Source: Candidatus Omnitrophota bacterium
GTDB taxonomy: Bacteria > Omnitrophota > Gorgyraeia > Gygaellales > Profunditerraquicolaceae
NCBI GenBank assembly: GCA_043812955.1
Contig: JBDRLN010000066.1
Span: 64,885-128,884, forward strand
Length of the DNA stretch: 64,000 bases
Direction: 5' to 3'
This document shows positions 1 through 10,461 of this stretch, in pieces. Both the position numbers and the translations under genes were made by a program. Within the stretch, counting starts at the first letter, position 1. Every line of letters starts with the position of its first letter. Below the pieces are notes generated by a model that ran no database searches, was not told the DNA's origin, and worked only from the letters and a program-made list of their open reading frames with translations.

Positions 1-917
1 CTAAAAATGAATTCCTGACCGACTTTGGAGTCCTTTTAGGAGAACAGATCTCCACACTGCTTCGTCCGACTTTAGAGCGCTTGGTCTTGGAGATAAACCG
101 GACTATCAGTTACTATGTAAAAACATTCAGGGGCGCCGTCATTGATGAGTTATATATAACCGGAGGAAGCTCACGGTTGAATAATATAGATAAATTCCTG
201 CTCTATAATCTTGAGGGTGTAAAAAAGGTTGAGCATTTAAACGTACTTAAATCGGTCAAAGGCTGGGATGATACAGGGGTGTTAAAGCAGGAGTTGGTAA
301 TAGAGCAGGCTGCGCCGCATTTAAGCGTAGCTTTTGGCCTTTGTTTTGGCAAGGGGGGCCGGGTTAACCTTCTGCCGGCAAAGGAAAAGTTGGAACAGAA
401 AACGATTTTTCTGGCTAACCTTATGGGTATATTTTTTCCCGTAATCCTGATTTTATGCTTAGTTTTCTATGGGTTTATTTACAAGGATTCATTAAAATAC
501 GAAGAGTTAAATCAAAAGTTGGACCAAGGGATCCGTAATTTGGAGCCTATTGCCCGTCGGGTCAGGGAATATATGAGCATCAAGTCAAGGCTAGAACAGC
601 GTAAAGATATCCTGGAGAAAGCCAGAGGAAAGCAACCTCCTTGGTGGGGCATATTGAAAGAATTGAGTAATATTACTCCCAAAGAGGTGATTCTCCGGCA
701 GGTAACCTTAGGCCAGGGAAAGAGCGATAAAGAGATTCTCTTGGTTGGCAAGATTTTTGCCAAATATACGATCGTTGATGTGGCGGTCTCCCAGTATCTT
801 ATGGCCCTGGAAGAATCTCCGTTTTTTATTAATGTCGAACTGGTCTCTGGTAAAACCGATATGTATTCAGCAATCCCGGCGGCGGATTTTAAAATTTCCT
901 GCCGGCTGGTTTATTAA
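1..917 (+). CDS. PilM-PilN fusion, type IV pilus alignment protein (5' partial)
   Basis: Frame is open from base 3 (KNEFLTDFG...LERLVLEINRTISYY). PilM C-terminal motifs (LYITGGSSRL, SVAFGL) run without a stop into the PilN VNLLP motif, TM helix, coiled coil and LSNITPKEV domain. Confidence 0.8.
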   Translation, partial: KNEFLTDFGVLLGEQISTLLRPTLERLVLEINRTISYYVKTFRGAVIDELYITGGSSRLNNIDKFLLYNLEGVKKVEHLNVLKSVKGWDDTGVLKQELVIEQAAPHLSVAFGLCFGKGGRVNLLPAKEKLEQKTIFLANLMGIFFPVILILCLVFYGFIYKDSLKYEELNQKLDQGIRNLEPIARRVREYMSIKSRLEQRKDILEKARGKQPPWWGILKELSNITPKEVILRQVTLGQGKSDKEILLVGKIFAKYTIVDVAVSQYLMALEESPFFINVELVSGKTDMYSAIPAADFKISCRLVY

Positions 918-920
918 AAA

Positions 921-1532
921 ATGATTAAAGAAAAAGATAAGTTTATCCGTATCGCGGTGTATATTAGCGCTTCTTTAGGAATTCTGTTCCTGGTTTATTT
1001 TCTGGTGGGCAAGCCGGTTATTGGTTATTCTAATAGGTTAAAAAAAGAATTTAAATCCCGGCAGGCTAAGCTCAAAGAATCAGAGTCCTTGGTCAGGTCC
1101 ATGCCTAACCCGACTAAAGCCATTGAGGATATCGAAGATAGGGTTCAGGAGTTTAACGATATGGGGGTGAGTAGGCGGCAGTTGCCTAAACTTATCCAGA
1201 TCCTGGCAGGCCTAACTTCCAATAGTAACATCAACTTAATCTCTATCCGCCCCCGCGATGATATCCATTCCGGAAACGAAGACCTGCCTCCGGGGATAAG
1301 CAAGGTTTATGTTGAGATGATCATAAATTGCTCTTACCGGACCTTGGGGGAATATATAAAATCCCTGAATGAAAAGGCGGCATCTTTTTCTATCGAGTCT
1401 ATAACTATATATAGAAAAGAAAGCAATGTTGAAGCAGCCGAGGCAAAAAAATCTTCAGAAAAAACAGATGAAAAGCCGGTAAGTTTAGTGATTACCCTGC
1501 TTTTAAGTACTTATATGATTTGGGAGCTATAA
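921..1532 (+). CDS. pilO: PilO/GspM-like pilus alignment protein
   Basis: N-terminal TM, coiled coil, ferredoxin-like C-domain (CSYRTLGEYIKSL); follows pilN. Confidence 0.7.
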   Translation: MIKEKDKFIRIAVYISASLGILFLVYFLVGKPVIGYSNRLKKEFKSRQAKLKESESLVRSMPNPTKAIEDIEDRVQEFNDMGVSRRQLPKLIQILAGLTSNSNINLISIRPRDDIHSGNEDLPPGISKVYVEMIINCSYRTLGEYIKSLNEKAASFSIESITIYRKESNVEAAEAKKSSEKTDEKPVSLVITLLLSTYMIWEL

Positions 1533-1538
1533 ATTATT

Positions 1539-1991
1539 ATGACAAAAGAGGTAAAGCAGTTTATTATGGTCGCGGTTTTGGTAATAGTTCTTATTTTCGT
1601 GATGCTGAGTAGTTTTAAGAAAAAACCAACTAAAAAGAAAGCCCCGATAGTTAAATCTCCTGCTGAATTGGCTGTTGATATAAAAGCATTATCGCCAGGC
1701 CCGGGCATTCTTTTGGATAATAAGGAAATTGCCTTGCAGAAGCAGAGGATGGACTTGGATTGGGGTAAGGATCCTTTTAACATGGCTATAGAAAAAGAGT
1801 TCCAGCTAGCTGACCTGAAATTAAAAGGAATATCTTATGGCGAGGGGAAAAAAGGTTATGCCTTTATTAATGATGAAATAGTAAAACCGGGGGATCGGGT
1901 CGGGGATTACGAAGTTGTTGAGGTGGAGAAAAATAAAGTCTTGCTGCAGAAGGCAGGCCAGAGTTTTTATCTTGCTTTTGAGCAGGAATGA
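1539..1991 (+). CDS. PilP/GspC-like (MshK-like) protein
   Basis: TM, then KDPF and LKGISY...AFINDEIVKPGDRVG beta domain; lies between pilO and the secretin. Confidence 0.65.
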   Translation: MTKEVKQFIMVAVLVIVLIFVMLSSFKKKPTKKKAPIVKSPAELAVDIKALSPGPGILLDNKEIALQKQRMDLDWGKDPFNMAIEKEFQLADLKLKGISYGEGKKGYAFINDEIVKPGDRVGDYEVVEVEKNKVLLQKAGQSFYLAFEQE

Positions 1992-2006
1992 AGCAATCAA
2001 AAACCT

Positions 2007-2041
2007 TACACCCCGTAGGTGTAAGACACCTACGGGGTGTA
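2007..2041. repeat. 16-bp perfect palindrome with 3-nt loop (REP-like)
   Basis: tacaccccgtaggtgt-aag-acacctacggggtgta. Confidence 0.9.
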
Positions 2042-2065
2042 TACGGGTTAATTGAGGTGAAAAAT

Positions 2066-3490
2066 ATGAAAAGAAAGATAGTAATTTTTAGCCTGACATT
2101 TTTATTCCTCTTTAGTTTATCGCCGGGTAATCTTATTTTTCCCCAGGAGGATATTGAAAAACAGGTGATTGAATCCCTGGAATTCCGGGAAGTAGATATT
2201 AAGGATATCCTGAGGCAGCTGGCTAAACAATACAATCTCAATATCGTGTTTTCCGAGAACGTCAAAGGCCTGGTAACAGTGCAATTAAATATTGTCACTA
2301 TAGAACAGGCCATGGATTCTATAATTACGGTTAACGGGTTTTCTTATACCAAGAAGGAGAATGTGTATAAAGTTTCTACCCAGGAAGAGGCTTTACGCGA
2401 AGGAAAACAGACCAAACTTTTCAAATTGAATAACGCTGATGCCCTTAAGCTCAAAAATACCCTAGCTAAGGTTTTAACTGCCGAAGGCTCGATTGAAGCA
2501 GATAGCCGGTCTAATTCTATCCTGGTTACGGATTCAGTGAATGCGATCAATAAGATTGAGCAAATGATGTCGGTATTAGATGAGCTTACCCCTCAGGTTT
2601 TAATTGAGGCCAGGCTTATCGAAACCTCACTTACTAAAGCCGAAAATTTGGGTATTCAATGGGATACTACGATTGCAGCCAGTGGAGCGAAACGTCCGGT
2701 TACCTTTCCTTTTGATCCTTTAGGCGCTGGGACTGCTGACGCTAACCAGTGGTATAGGAACTATTTTCCTTCTTCCAACCCTACTGATACTAATTTTACC
2801 ACTACTTCAGGCCAGGCGTTTCCTTTTATTAACGCTACCAGTTTTACTTTTGGCACCCTGGATTTTTCTCAGTTGGCCGCGACATTTAAAATTCTTAAAA
2901 CCCGCGAAGATACCAAGCTTATCGCTAACCCCAGGATTGTAACTATCAATAATCAAAAAGCTACTATAAATGTAGGCAAGGTGATTCCAATAGCTACCTA
3001 TCAAATGGACTCAACTACCGGCCAATGGCTGGTTACCGGCTGGGAAAATATTAACGTGGGCATTAATCTGGAGGTTACTCCTCAGATTTCACCGGATGGG
3101 CATATCCGGTTAAAACTTAAGCCTGAGGTAAGCAGCGAGGTCGGCAGTATTGGTACGGGTGTAAACCAGAGGCCGATTATCACCACCCGCACTGCCGAGA
3201 CCGAAGTCCAGATCAGGGATGGCCAGACTGTAGTGATCGCCGGGTTAGTCAAAACCAAAGATTATACTCGAGTAAGCAAGATTCCTATTTTAGGCGATAT
3301 ACCTTTTTTGGGGTATTTATTTAAACGCAAGACCGAAGGCTCATCAGAACCTAATGAGAAAACCGATCTGATGATTTTTGTCACTGCCCGGATTATGAAA
3401 GATAATAAGGAGCCGCTGGTCGGCTGGGATACCAATATTTTAAGCTCTGTGCCCAGGCCGTTTAAATTAGAGAGCAGGGTCATTAAGTAA
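2066..3490 (+). CDS. pilQ: Secretin (PilQ/MshL/GspD family)
   Basis: Signal peptide, STN and N domains, IANPRIVTINNQKA, LEVTPQI and KIPILGDIPFLGYLF motifs. ATG 2066 has a GAGGTG RBS; an in-frame ATG at 1988 is also possible. Confidence 0.9.
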   Translation: MKRKIVIFSLTFLFLFSLSPGNLIFPQEDIEKQVIESLEFREVDIKDILRQLAKQYNLNIVFSENVKGLVTVQLNIVTIEQAMDSIITVNGFSYTKKENVYKVSTQEEALREGKQTKLFKLNNADALKLKNTLAKVLTAEGSIEADSRSNSILVTDSVNAINKIEQMMSVLDELTPQVLIEARLIETSLTKAENLGIQWDTTIAASGAKRPVTFPFDPLGAGTADANQWYRNYFPSSNPTDTNFTTTSGQAFPFINATSFTFGTLDFSQLAATFKILKTREDTKLIANPRIVTINNQKATINVGKVIPIATYQMDSTTGQWLVTGWENINVGINLEVTPQISPDGHIRLKLKPEVSSEVGSIGTGVNQRPIITTRTAETEVQIRDGQTVVIAGLVKTKDYTRVSKIPILGDIPFLGYLFKRKTEGSSEPNEKTDLMIFVTARIMKDNKEPLVGWDTNILSSVPRPFKLESRVIK

Positions 3491-3629
3491 TGTTAAGTAA
3501 GTTAAGAAAGTTAAATAGGAAAAAAAGAGGTTGAGCGGATTGCCAAAGAATCAGTGTAACGCTTGTAACATTCTTAACGTCTTTAACCTTCTTAACTTCT
3601 TTTAGCGTTATATATACGGAGGTTTAATA

Positions 3630-5051
3630 ATGAAAGATAAGAAGATGTTAATATTTATAATTTTTGTTTTGATTGCCGGATTTATATTTATTTATATCTC
3701 CCGGCCGATCCATAAACCCAAGTTGATCCTGCCCGGACAAACCAAGGGGGTCTTGGGATTAAACGATCAAATAGAACAGTTAAGAGGGGTGGTCCGCAGC
3801 CTTATTCAATTAGAGGGTGTTTTAAAGCAGCAGCTGGAAGAGCAAAAAATGAAGTTTGCCGACTTAGAAAAAAACTTTATGGGGGTAGTTTTCAATAACG
3901 AAGCTCTCAATAAAGAACTATCCTTGTTCAGGGCAGGCCTGGACTTCGCTAAACCTTTAAAACAGAGGCTGGTTTTAATAGAGGAGAAATTGGCTAATTT
4001 TGACTTTGCCCAAGGTAAAGAAAAGCAGATCATCAAACAACTTCAGGATATAAATAAATCTCTGGTTGCGGTTGATAATCAGATGCCCTGGTTTGTAAAT
4101 GAAGATAAATTATACCGCGTCAAGGCCCAAGCCCTGGAAAGCGAATTGGTCGGTATCAAACAGGACCTAAAGCAGGAGCAAATTAAAAGAGAGGCCTTGA
4201 GCCGGGAATTCAACGCTATAGACCTGGAGTTGAAAATGGCTAATAAGGCCAAGGCTTCTGCCGGTGAAAGAGCGGCAGCCCTGGAAAAGGAGACGGTTGA
4301 ACTTAAAAACAAAAATAGTTATTTAAACGAAGAAATAAAAAAAAGCGATCAGTCTTTAAAGGAGATTGCCAGGAGAGAGGCTCAGTTAATCCGGGATAAG
4401 GAAGGCCTGGCCAAAAATAAGCAAAAGCTGGAGGATGAGGTAGGCCGGCAATCCCAAGCTATAATCCCCTTAAAAGAAAAGAATAAGGAGTTAGCCGAAG
4501 AATTACTTAGCCTTAAGCGGGAACTGGATCAATTAAGCCGGGAGCGGCAGGTAATGCTCAAGGCGATGGATGAGGCCAAGGCGGCTATTTTAAATTATCA
4601 GAAGCTCCAGCAGGAGGTAGCGCGGCTGCAGACTCAGCTTGAGAAGGTAAATATTGATTACGCCGGCCTTAAAGAAGAATATAATTCGGCCCGGGAATCT
4701 ATTAAACAGGATAAACTGGAATTGGGTAGCCGGGCAGACCGGATATTGGTCCTGCAGGGAAAGACCGCTGATATAGATAATAAACTTATTGAACTGCAAT
4801 TAAAATATAAGGAGGCGGAGAAAGAATCCGTTTCCTTAAGAGAAGAGAATGTGGCTATTCAGCTGGAGAAGGAAGAGCTTGGCCTTGAGTTGAGCAGGAC
4901 AAAAGAAAAACTAGTTGAGCTGGATAGTAAGTTGCAACAGATCGGTAGTGTTTTTGGCGCAGGCCAAAGACTCGCTGAACCCATCGGGAAGAAGGTGGAT
5001 GTAAAATTAGTGCCGGAAGTCCAAATAAAATCAGCCGGAGAAGAAAAATGA
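3630..5051 (+). CDS. Membrane-anchored long coiled-coil protein
   Basis: One N-terminal TM followed by ~400 aa of E/K/L heptads; GGAGGT RBS. Confidence 0.75.
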   Translation: MKDKKMLIFIIFVLIAGFIFIYISRPIHKPKLILPGQTKGVLGLNDQIEQLRGVVRSLIQLEGVLKQQLEEQKMKFADLEKNFMGVVFNNEALNKELSLFRAGLDFAKPLKQRLVLIEEKLANFDFAQGKEKQIIKQLQDINKSLVAVDNQMPWFVNEDKLYRVKAQALESELVGIKQDLKQEQIKREALSREFNAIDLELKMANKAKASAGERAAALEKETVELKNKNSYLNEEIKKSDQSLKEIARREAQLIRDKEGLAKNKQKLEDEVGRQSQAIIPLKEKNKELAEELLSLKRELDQLSRERQVMLKAMDEAKAAILNYQKLQQEVARLQTQLEKVNIDYAGLKEEYNSARESIKQDKLELGSRADRILVLQGKTADIDNKLIELQLKYKEAEKESVSLREENVAIQLEKEELGLELSRTKEKLVELDSKLQQIGSVFGAGQRLAEPIGKKVDVKLVPEVQIKSAGEEK

Positions 5052-5704
5052 TTATAAGAAAACTTTCAGGAATGTTTACGGGCGTTTTTTTATTTATAGG
5101 CGCGGGTTTAGTTTTTGCTCAAGGCCTGGATATCGGGTTATCTAAAGAAGAGAAAGTCAAGAAGGCCCGGGAGTATTATTCCTCCGGAAGAGAAATGTCC
5201 CGGCAGGGCAATTTTACCCAGGCCAATGAGGCGTTTAAAAAAGCCCAGCAGCTTTTAGGAAGGGAAAAACTTAAATCCGTTACAGCTTTAGCAGCTCCGG
5301 TTGGCAATGCTCCGGCCCAGGCTGCTTTAAGCCAGGCTGCCGCTAAGAAAGAAATAGAACCCCTGATTATTAAGGGAACCCCGGAGGAGATGTCTATCCA
5401 CTATTTAAGAGCAATTGAAAAATCTCCCAAGGATTCGAATTTATATTATAATTTAGGGGTGGAGTATCTTAGATCTAACCGTTTCAGCCTGGCGGCCGAA
5501 GCCTTTAATCAGGTTATCCGGTTAAACCCCAAGGACAAAGACGCTTATTATAACCTGGGGGCATTATGTGAAAGCTACTTTAACGATAAAAACCGGGCCG
5601 TTATTTTTTATAGCCAGTATCTTAAATTAGCCGATAATAATGACGACGCATCCCGGGTAAGGAGCTGGATCAAGCAGATAAAAAAAGAATCAGGCGATAA
5701 ATGA
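5048..5704 (+). CDS. Secreted TPR protein
   Basis: Signal peptide ending VFA; TPR units with YYNLG motifs; ATGA-coupled on both sides. Confidence 0.8.
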   Translation: MIIRKLSGMFTGVFLFIGAGLVFAQGLDIGLSKEEKVKKAREYYSSGREMSRQGNFTQANEAFKKAQQLLGREKLKSVTALAAPVGNAPAQAALSQAAAKKEIEPLIIKGTPEEMSIHYLRAIEKSPKDSNLYYNLGVEYLRSNRFSLAAEAFNQVIRLNPKDKDAYYNLGALCESYFNDKNRAVIFYSQYLKLADNNDDASRVRSWIKQIKKESGDK

Positions 5705-7518
5705 CCGATAAAGAATTAGAGAATTTATTAATAAGGACTAAACTTTTAACCCAAGAAGAGCTTTTCCGGGCTGTTGATGAGATGAAAAAACTCAAGCGGC
5801 CTTTAGAAAAAGTTATTTTGGAAATATGTCTTCTCTCCCGTCCGGTGCTTTATGAGGCGATTGCCAAGCACCTGGGGTATGAATATATAAAACTTGAAGA
5901 GGTTGAGCCGGATCCGGAATTGATCAAAGTTATGCCTGAGGCCTTGGCCCGCCAGACCCAATCTGTCCCCATAAAAATAGAAAATAATACTCTGCATGTG
6001 GCGGTAACCGACCCCACTGACCTTTATTCCATTGACCAGATCCAGATGCATACCGGGATGGCTTTGGAGGTGGTTTTATCCAGTCCCCAGGAAATAGAGG
6101 ATAGGCAGAACAAGCTTTATGTAGATCACAGGGTTAACAAAGATTTCATGGAGGATCTGACTAGGGCGGTGTCTTCAGATGTCAAGATTGTATTTACCGA
6201 TGCAAGCTCTATAATTAAATTAGTTGACTTGATTGTTGCTCAGGCAGCGCATGACCGGGCCTCGGATATCCATATTGAGCCGGAACAAGAAATGACCCGG
6301 ATAAGGTTTCGGATCGACGGCATACTGCATGAAATACCGTCTCCCCCCAAGGAATGGGAACAGGCGATTGTCTCCAGGGTCAAGGTATTGGCAGGCATGG
6401 ATATCGCTGAAAGCCGGGTTCCCCAGGATGGGCATTTCCAGGCTAAGATAGAAGAAAGGATCATTGATTTTCGTGTTTCTACCGTGCCTACTATTTTCGG
6501 AGAAAATTTGGTTATGCGTTTATTGGATACGAATTCAGTAACCATCGGTTTGGAAAAATTAGGGTTTACTACTTATGATGAATTAAAAAGATATGAAGCT
6601 ATTATCTCTAGGCCTTACGGAATAATTTTATCAACTGGTCCTACGGGGAGCGGTAAAACCACCACTCTTTATTCAGCCTTGATGCGGATTAATACCATTG
6701 ATCGCAATATTATCACTATCGAAGACCCGGTTGAATACCGCCTCGGACTTATCCGGCAGATCCAGGTAAACCCTAAGGCCGGGATCACTTTTGCTAATGG
6801 GCTAAGGGCGATCCTGCGCCAGGATCCTGATGTTTTAATGGTCGGCGAGATCCGGGACCTGGAGACCGCCATAATCGCTATCCAGTCCGCCCTAACCGGA
6901 CATTTGGTCTTTTCCACCCTACATACTAATGATGCGCCTTCGGCAGTCACTCGTTTAGTCAATATGGGAGTTGAGCCTTTTTTGATCTCAGCTTGTTTGA
7001 TCGGAGTTATGGCCCAGCGCCTGATCCGGACCATCTGTGATAAGTGCAAAGAGTCTTACGAGCCATCTAAATCCCTAATAGAAAGATGGGGATTAAGCGA
7101 TAAAAAAGGAGTTGTTTTATACCGGGGTAAAGGATGTGATAATTGTAAAGGCACAGGTTTTCGGGGGCGCAGCGGGCTATTTGAATTAATGACAGTTGAT
7201 GATGAACTAAGAGAGATGATTATCTCGGAAAGCTCTACTGTTTTATTACGTAATAAATCCCGGGAAAAAGGCATGCGGGTTTTAAGCGAGGACGGGATCG
7301 CTAAGGCCCTGGCTGGCATCACTACTATTGAAGAAGTGGCCAGGGTATGCGAAGAGCGGGTGGAGATTAAAAAGACCGAAGAATCGGTAGTTAAGGTCGA
7401 GCCTTTTATTAAGACTGCGTCAACAGCTCAAAAATCCGGAGCTAAGCCTATAGAGGTTAAGGTCTCGGATTATGAAGAATACCAGAAGCGCATAGCTAAC
7501 TGGTTAAGCAATAAATAG
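5701..7518 (+). CDS. pilB: Pilus assembly ATPase (PilB/MshE/GspE)
   Basis: ASDIHIEP, Walker A GPTGSGKTT, TIEDPVEY, LRQDPD, His box and tetracysteine motif; N-terminal MshEN-like region is degenerate. Confidence 0.95.
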   Translation: MTDKELENLLIRTKLLTQEELFRAVDEMKKLKRPLEKVILEICLLSRPVLYEAIAKHLGYEYIKLEEVEPDPELIKVMPEALARQTQSVPIKIENNTLHVAVTDPTDLYSIDQIQMHTGMALEVVLSSPQEIEDRQNKLYVDHRVNKDFMEDLTRAVSSDVKIVFTDASSIIKLVDLIVAQAAHDRASDIHIEPEQEMTRIRFRIDGILHEIPSPPKEWEQAIVSRVKVLAGMDIAESRVPQDGHFQAKIEERIIDFRVSTVPTIFGENLVMRLLDTNSVTIGLEKLGFTTYDELKRYEAIISRPYGIILSTGPTGSGKTTTLYSALMRINTIDRNIITIEDPVEYRLGLIRQIQVNPKAGITFANGLRAILRQDPDVLMVGEIRDLETAIIAIQSALTGHLVFSTLHTNDAPSAVTRLVNMGVEPFLISACLIGVMAQRLIRTICDKCKESYEPSKSLIERWGLSDKKGVVLYRGKGCDNCKGTGFRGRSGLFELMTVDDELREMIISESSTVLLRNKSREKGMRVLSEDGIAKALAGITTIEEVARVCEERVEIKKTEESVVKVEPFIKTASTAQKSGAKPIEVKVSDYEEYQKRIANWLSNK

Positions 7519-7530
7519 GAATAGTAAATT

Positions 7531-8361
7531 ATGTATGAATCTTACTGGTGCCTTAAGGAAAAACCTTTTCAGAATACTCCCGACTCAAATTATTTATATT
7601 TATCCGGCCAGCATGAAGACGCGCTGATGAAGCTTAGTTATGTAGTGGCCCAGGATCTGGGGTGCGGCCTGCTTACCGGGGTATTTGGGTGCGGTAAGAC
7701 ATTGTTAGGCCGGGTAGTAGTTAATGGTCTGGGCAAAGACAGATACGCCTCGGCTTTTGTCAATTGCCTTACTGCGTCCGAGCCTGCGGAACTACTGCGC
7801 GCAATTGTCCGGAGTTTAAGCCCCCAATCTTTGCCGGAGAAGAAAACCGAGATAATGGCTGATTCCCTGCTGGAAAAACTGAATAATATATTATTGGATA
7901 ATATCCGCGACGGAAAACGCAATATAATAATAGTTGACGAGGCCCATACCATCGAAGACCCCCGGATATTCGAGCAATTGCGGATGATCCTGAATTTTCA
8001 GCAGGAGGATAAATTTCTGCTGACCCTCTTGATCTTCGGCCAGCCGGAGTTAAAAGATAAGGTTACTATCTCTAAACCCCTGGAACAGAGGATTGCGGTG
8101 CGCTGCCATTTAAACCCTTTTAGCGAAGAGGATGTTGGCAAATATATCCTGCACCGTTTAAAGATATCCGGAAGGCCTGATCCTTCGGCCGAGGTTTTTA
8201 CCAAGGAGGCGATAAAGTTTATCGCTAAATACTCCGGGGGCATCCCCCGCAGGATCAATACGCTTTGTGATCTGGTTTTAATGACCGGTTTTGCCAAGAA
8301 GGCCAACCAGATCGATCAGGACCTTGTGGAATTAGCGATCAAGGATTTTAACGTTACCTAA
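7531..8361 (+). CDS. ExeA/MshM-family AAA ATPase
   Basis: MYESYWCLKEKPF start, GVFGCGKT, IIVDEAH, SGGIPRRIN. Confidence 0.9.
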   Translation: MYESYWCLKEKPFQNTPDSNYLYLSGQHEDALMKLSYVVAQDLGCGLLTGVFGCGKTLLGRVVVNGLGKDRYASAFVNCLTASEPAELLRAIVRSLSPQSLPEKKTEIMADSLLEKLNNILLDNIRDGKRNIIIVDEAHTIEDPRIFEQLRMILNFQQEDKFLLTLLIFGQPELKDKVTISKPLEQRIAVRCHLNPFSEEDVGKYILHRLKISGRPDPSAEVFTKEAIKFIAKYSGGIPRRINTLCDLVLMTGFAKKANQIDQDLVELAIKDFNVT

Positions 8362-8370
8362 AGGATAGGT

Positions 8371-9600
8371 ATGGGTATATACATTTATAAAGCGGTAGAT
8401 TCAAGCGGTAAAATGATCAAGGGTGAAATGGAAGCGGCCAGCGAGGTTGAGCTTACCACCCAATTGGCTAAAACAGGTTATTTAGCGGTAAGCATAAATT
8501 TTAAAAAACAAGTCTTACCAAGTAAATCTATTTTTGAAATAAATCTGTTTAACACAAAAAAAACCGTTAAACAGGAAGCGGTCGTTGTTTTTACCCGCCA
8601 GTTCGCCACCATTATCAAAGCGGCTATACCGATAATCGAGGGTTTAGGGGTTTTGGCTGAGCAGGCCGAAGATCCGGTTTTAAAAGAGGCCTTAAAGCAG
8701 ATCGTTCGGGATGTCGAGGGAGGCATTAGCCTCTCCCAGTCAATGGCTAAACACCCCGGAGTTTTCTCTCCACTCTACGTAAATACCGTGATCGCCGGAG
8801 AAAGCGGCGGTGTTTTGGATAAAGTGTTGCTGAAATTATCAAAAGTAATGGAGGATGATTTTGAGACCCGCACGAATATAATGGCTGCCCTGAGGTATCC
8901 GATAATGACGATAATCGCACTTGTAATCGCGATCGTTGTGCTTTCGGTTTTTGTCGTGCCTCAATTCGCCAAAGTATATTTAGACGCCAAAATGAATTTA
9001 CCTTTGCCTACCCAAGTAATGATCATGATCAGTAATGTACTGATTCATCAGTGGTACCTGGTGATCGGCGCAGCGGCAGGAGTATTTTTCGGGGTAAAAC
9101 AATACATTGCTACCAAGCCAGGAAGGTTCTTCTGGGACGGGCTTAAGTTTAAAATAATTATTTTTAATAAGGTCTACATCAAGATGACCATGCTGCGTTT
9201 CGCTTCAATGTTAAGCGTGCTTCATCAGGCCGGCCTGCCGGTGCTTAAGACTTTAGATATTGTTTCTTTAACTATAGGCAATGCCATATTAGCCAAAGAG
9301 GTAGAGGCGATAAAGCGCGATGTTTCCGACGGTAAGGGTATCTCCGGAGCTGTTTTAAACTCAAAATTCTTCCCCCGTTTAGTCGGTTATATGATCTCAG
9401 TCGGGGAAAAAAGCGGTTCGCTTCCAATGATGCTGGATTCCCTTTGCGATTATTTTGATCTGGAAGTTAAAAACGCGATTAAAAATTTGACTACGATGAT
9501 TGAACCGGTGATGACCGCTTTTCTCGGGGCCGCGGTCTTAGGCATGGCCCTGGCGATATTCCTGCCCATGTGGAGCATGATCCAGGTGCTCAAGAGATAG
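8371..9600 (+). CDS. pilC: Platform protein (PilC/MshG/GspF)
   Basis: YIYKAVD start, FTRQFAT, GESGGVL, ALRYP, GEKSGSL, IEP...IFLPM. Confidence 0.95.
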   Translation: MGIYIYKAVDSSGKMIKGEMEAASEVELTTQLAKTGYLAVSINFKKQVLPSKSIFEINLFNTKKTVKQEAVVVFTRQFATIIKAAIPIIEGLGVLAEQAEDPVLKEALKQIVRDVEGGISLSQSMAKHPGVFSPLYVNTVIAGESGGVLDKVLLKLSKVMEDDFETRTNIMAALRYPIMTIIALVIAIVVLSVFVVPQFAKVYLDAKMNLPLPTQVMIMISNVLIHQWYLVIGAAAGVFFGVKQYIATKPGRFFWDGLKFKIIIFNKVYIKMTMLRFASMLSVLHQAGLPVLKTLDIVSLTIGNAILAKEVEAIKRDVSDGKGISGAVLNSKFFPRLVGYMISVGEKSGSLPMMLDSLCDYFDLEVKNAIKNLTTMIEPVMTAFLGAAVLGMALAIFLPMWSMIQVLKR

Positions 9601-9603
9601 ATT

Positions 9604-10461
9604 ATGCTAAATTTATATTCCATTATAGCGGCAGGGGCGATTTTTATTCTCTACGCTATTTTTCTCAATAGTTATTGGAAGTCTAAGATCAAAGAGAAAT
9701 CCAGGCAGGTAAAGGAAGCCCAGGCCCAGGTTATCCAAATGGAGAAGATGTCATCAGTAGGCATAATGGCTTCCGGGATCGCCCATGAAATAAATAATCC
9801 CTTGGGTTTTTTGATTAGCAACTTGGATTCTTTAAAGCAAAATTCCCAGGATTTGGCGGGAGGCCTGCTTCCGGTGGATAAGAGCATAAAGATCCTGGAT
9901 GAAACAAAGTTAATGATTGAGGAATCCCTAGAGGGGGCGCTGAGGATCAAAAGGATAGTTTCGGACCTGAGGACTTTTTCCCGGCGCAGCGAATCCCAGG
10001 AGCTTCTCGTAGATATAAATCAGATTATGGAATTAGTTCTTTCAATTGTTTGGAATGAGATAAAATACAAAATCAGCCTGGACAAGGATTATAAGGCTTT
10101 TACAAATATCTTGGCCGATCCGACTCAGCTGACCCAGGTATTCTTAAATATTATCATCAATTCATCCCAAGCGATAGAGGGTAAGGGGAACATTAATATT
10201 TCTACTTACGAAGACGCAGGTTCTGTTTATGCTAAAATCAGCGATACAGGCTGCGGCATGCCTAAAGAGGTACTGCCTAAAATATTTGATCCTTTTTTTT
10301 CAACCAAAAAAACCACTGGACTGGGGCTATACGTAAGCTATAATATTATCAAGAACCACGGAGGCGATATAAAAGTAGAAAGTAAGGAATGCTTTGGGAC
10401 TACTTTTATTATCTGTCTGCCAAAAGAAAAAAAAGGAGGAGAGGATGAAAAAGACCTATAA
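9604..10461 (+). CDS. Histidine kinase (NtrB-like, single TM, no evident sensor domain)
   Basis: H-box AHEINNPL, N-box QVFLNIIIN, G1 DTGCG, F/G2 FDPFFSTK..GLGL. Confidence 0.9.
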   Translation: MLNLYSIIAAGAIFILYAIFLNSYWKSKIKEKSRQVKEAQAQVIQMEKMSSVGIMASGIAHEINNPLGFLISNLDSLKQNSQDLAGGLLPVDKSIKILDETKLMIEESLEGALRIKRIVSDLRTFSRRSESQELLVDINQIMELVLSIVWNEIKYKISLDKDYKAFTNILADPTQLTQVFLNIIINSSQAIEGKGNINISTYEDAGSVYAKISDTGCGMPKEVLPKIFDPFFSTKKTTGLGLYVSYNIIKNHGGDIKVESKECFGTTFIICLPKEKKGGEDEKDL

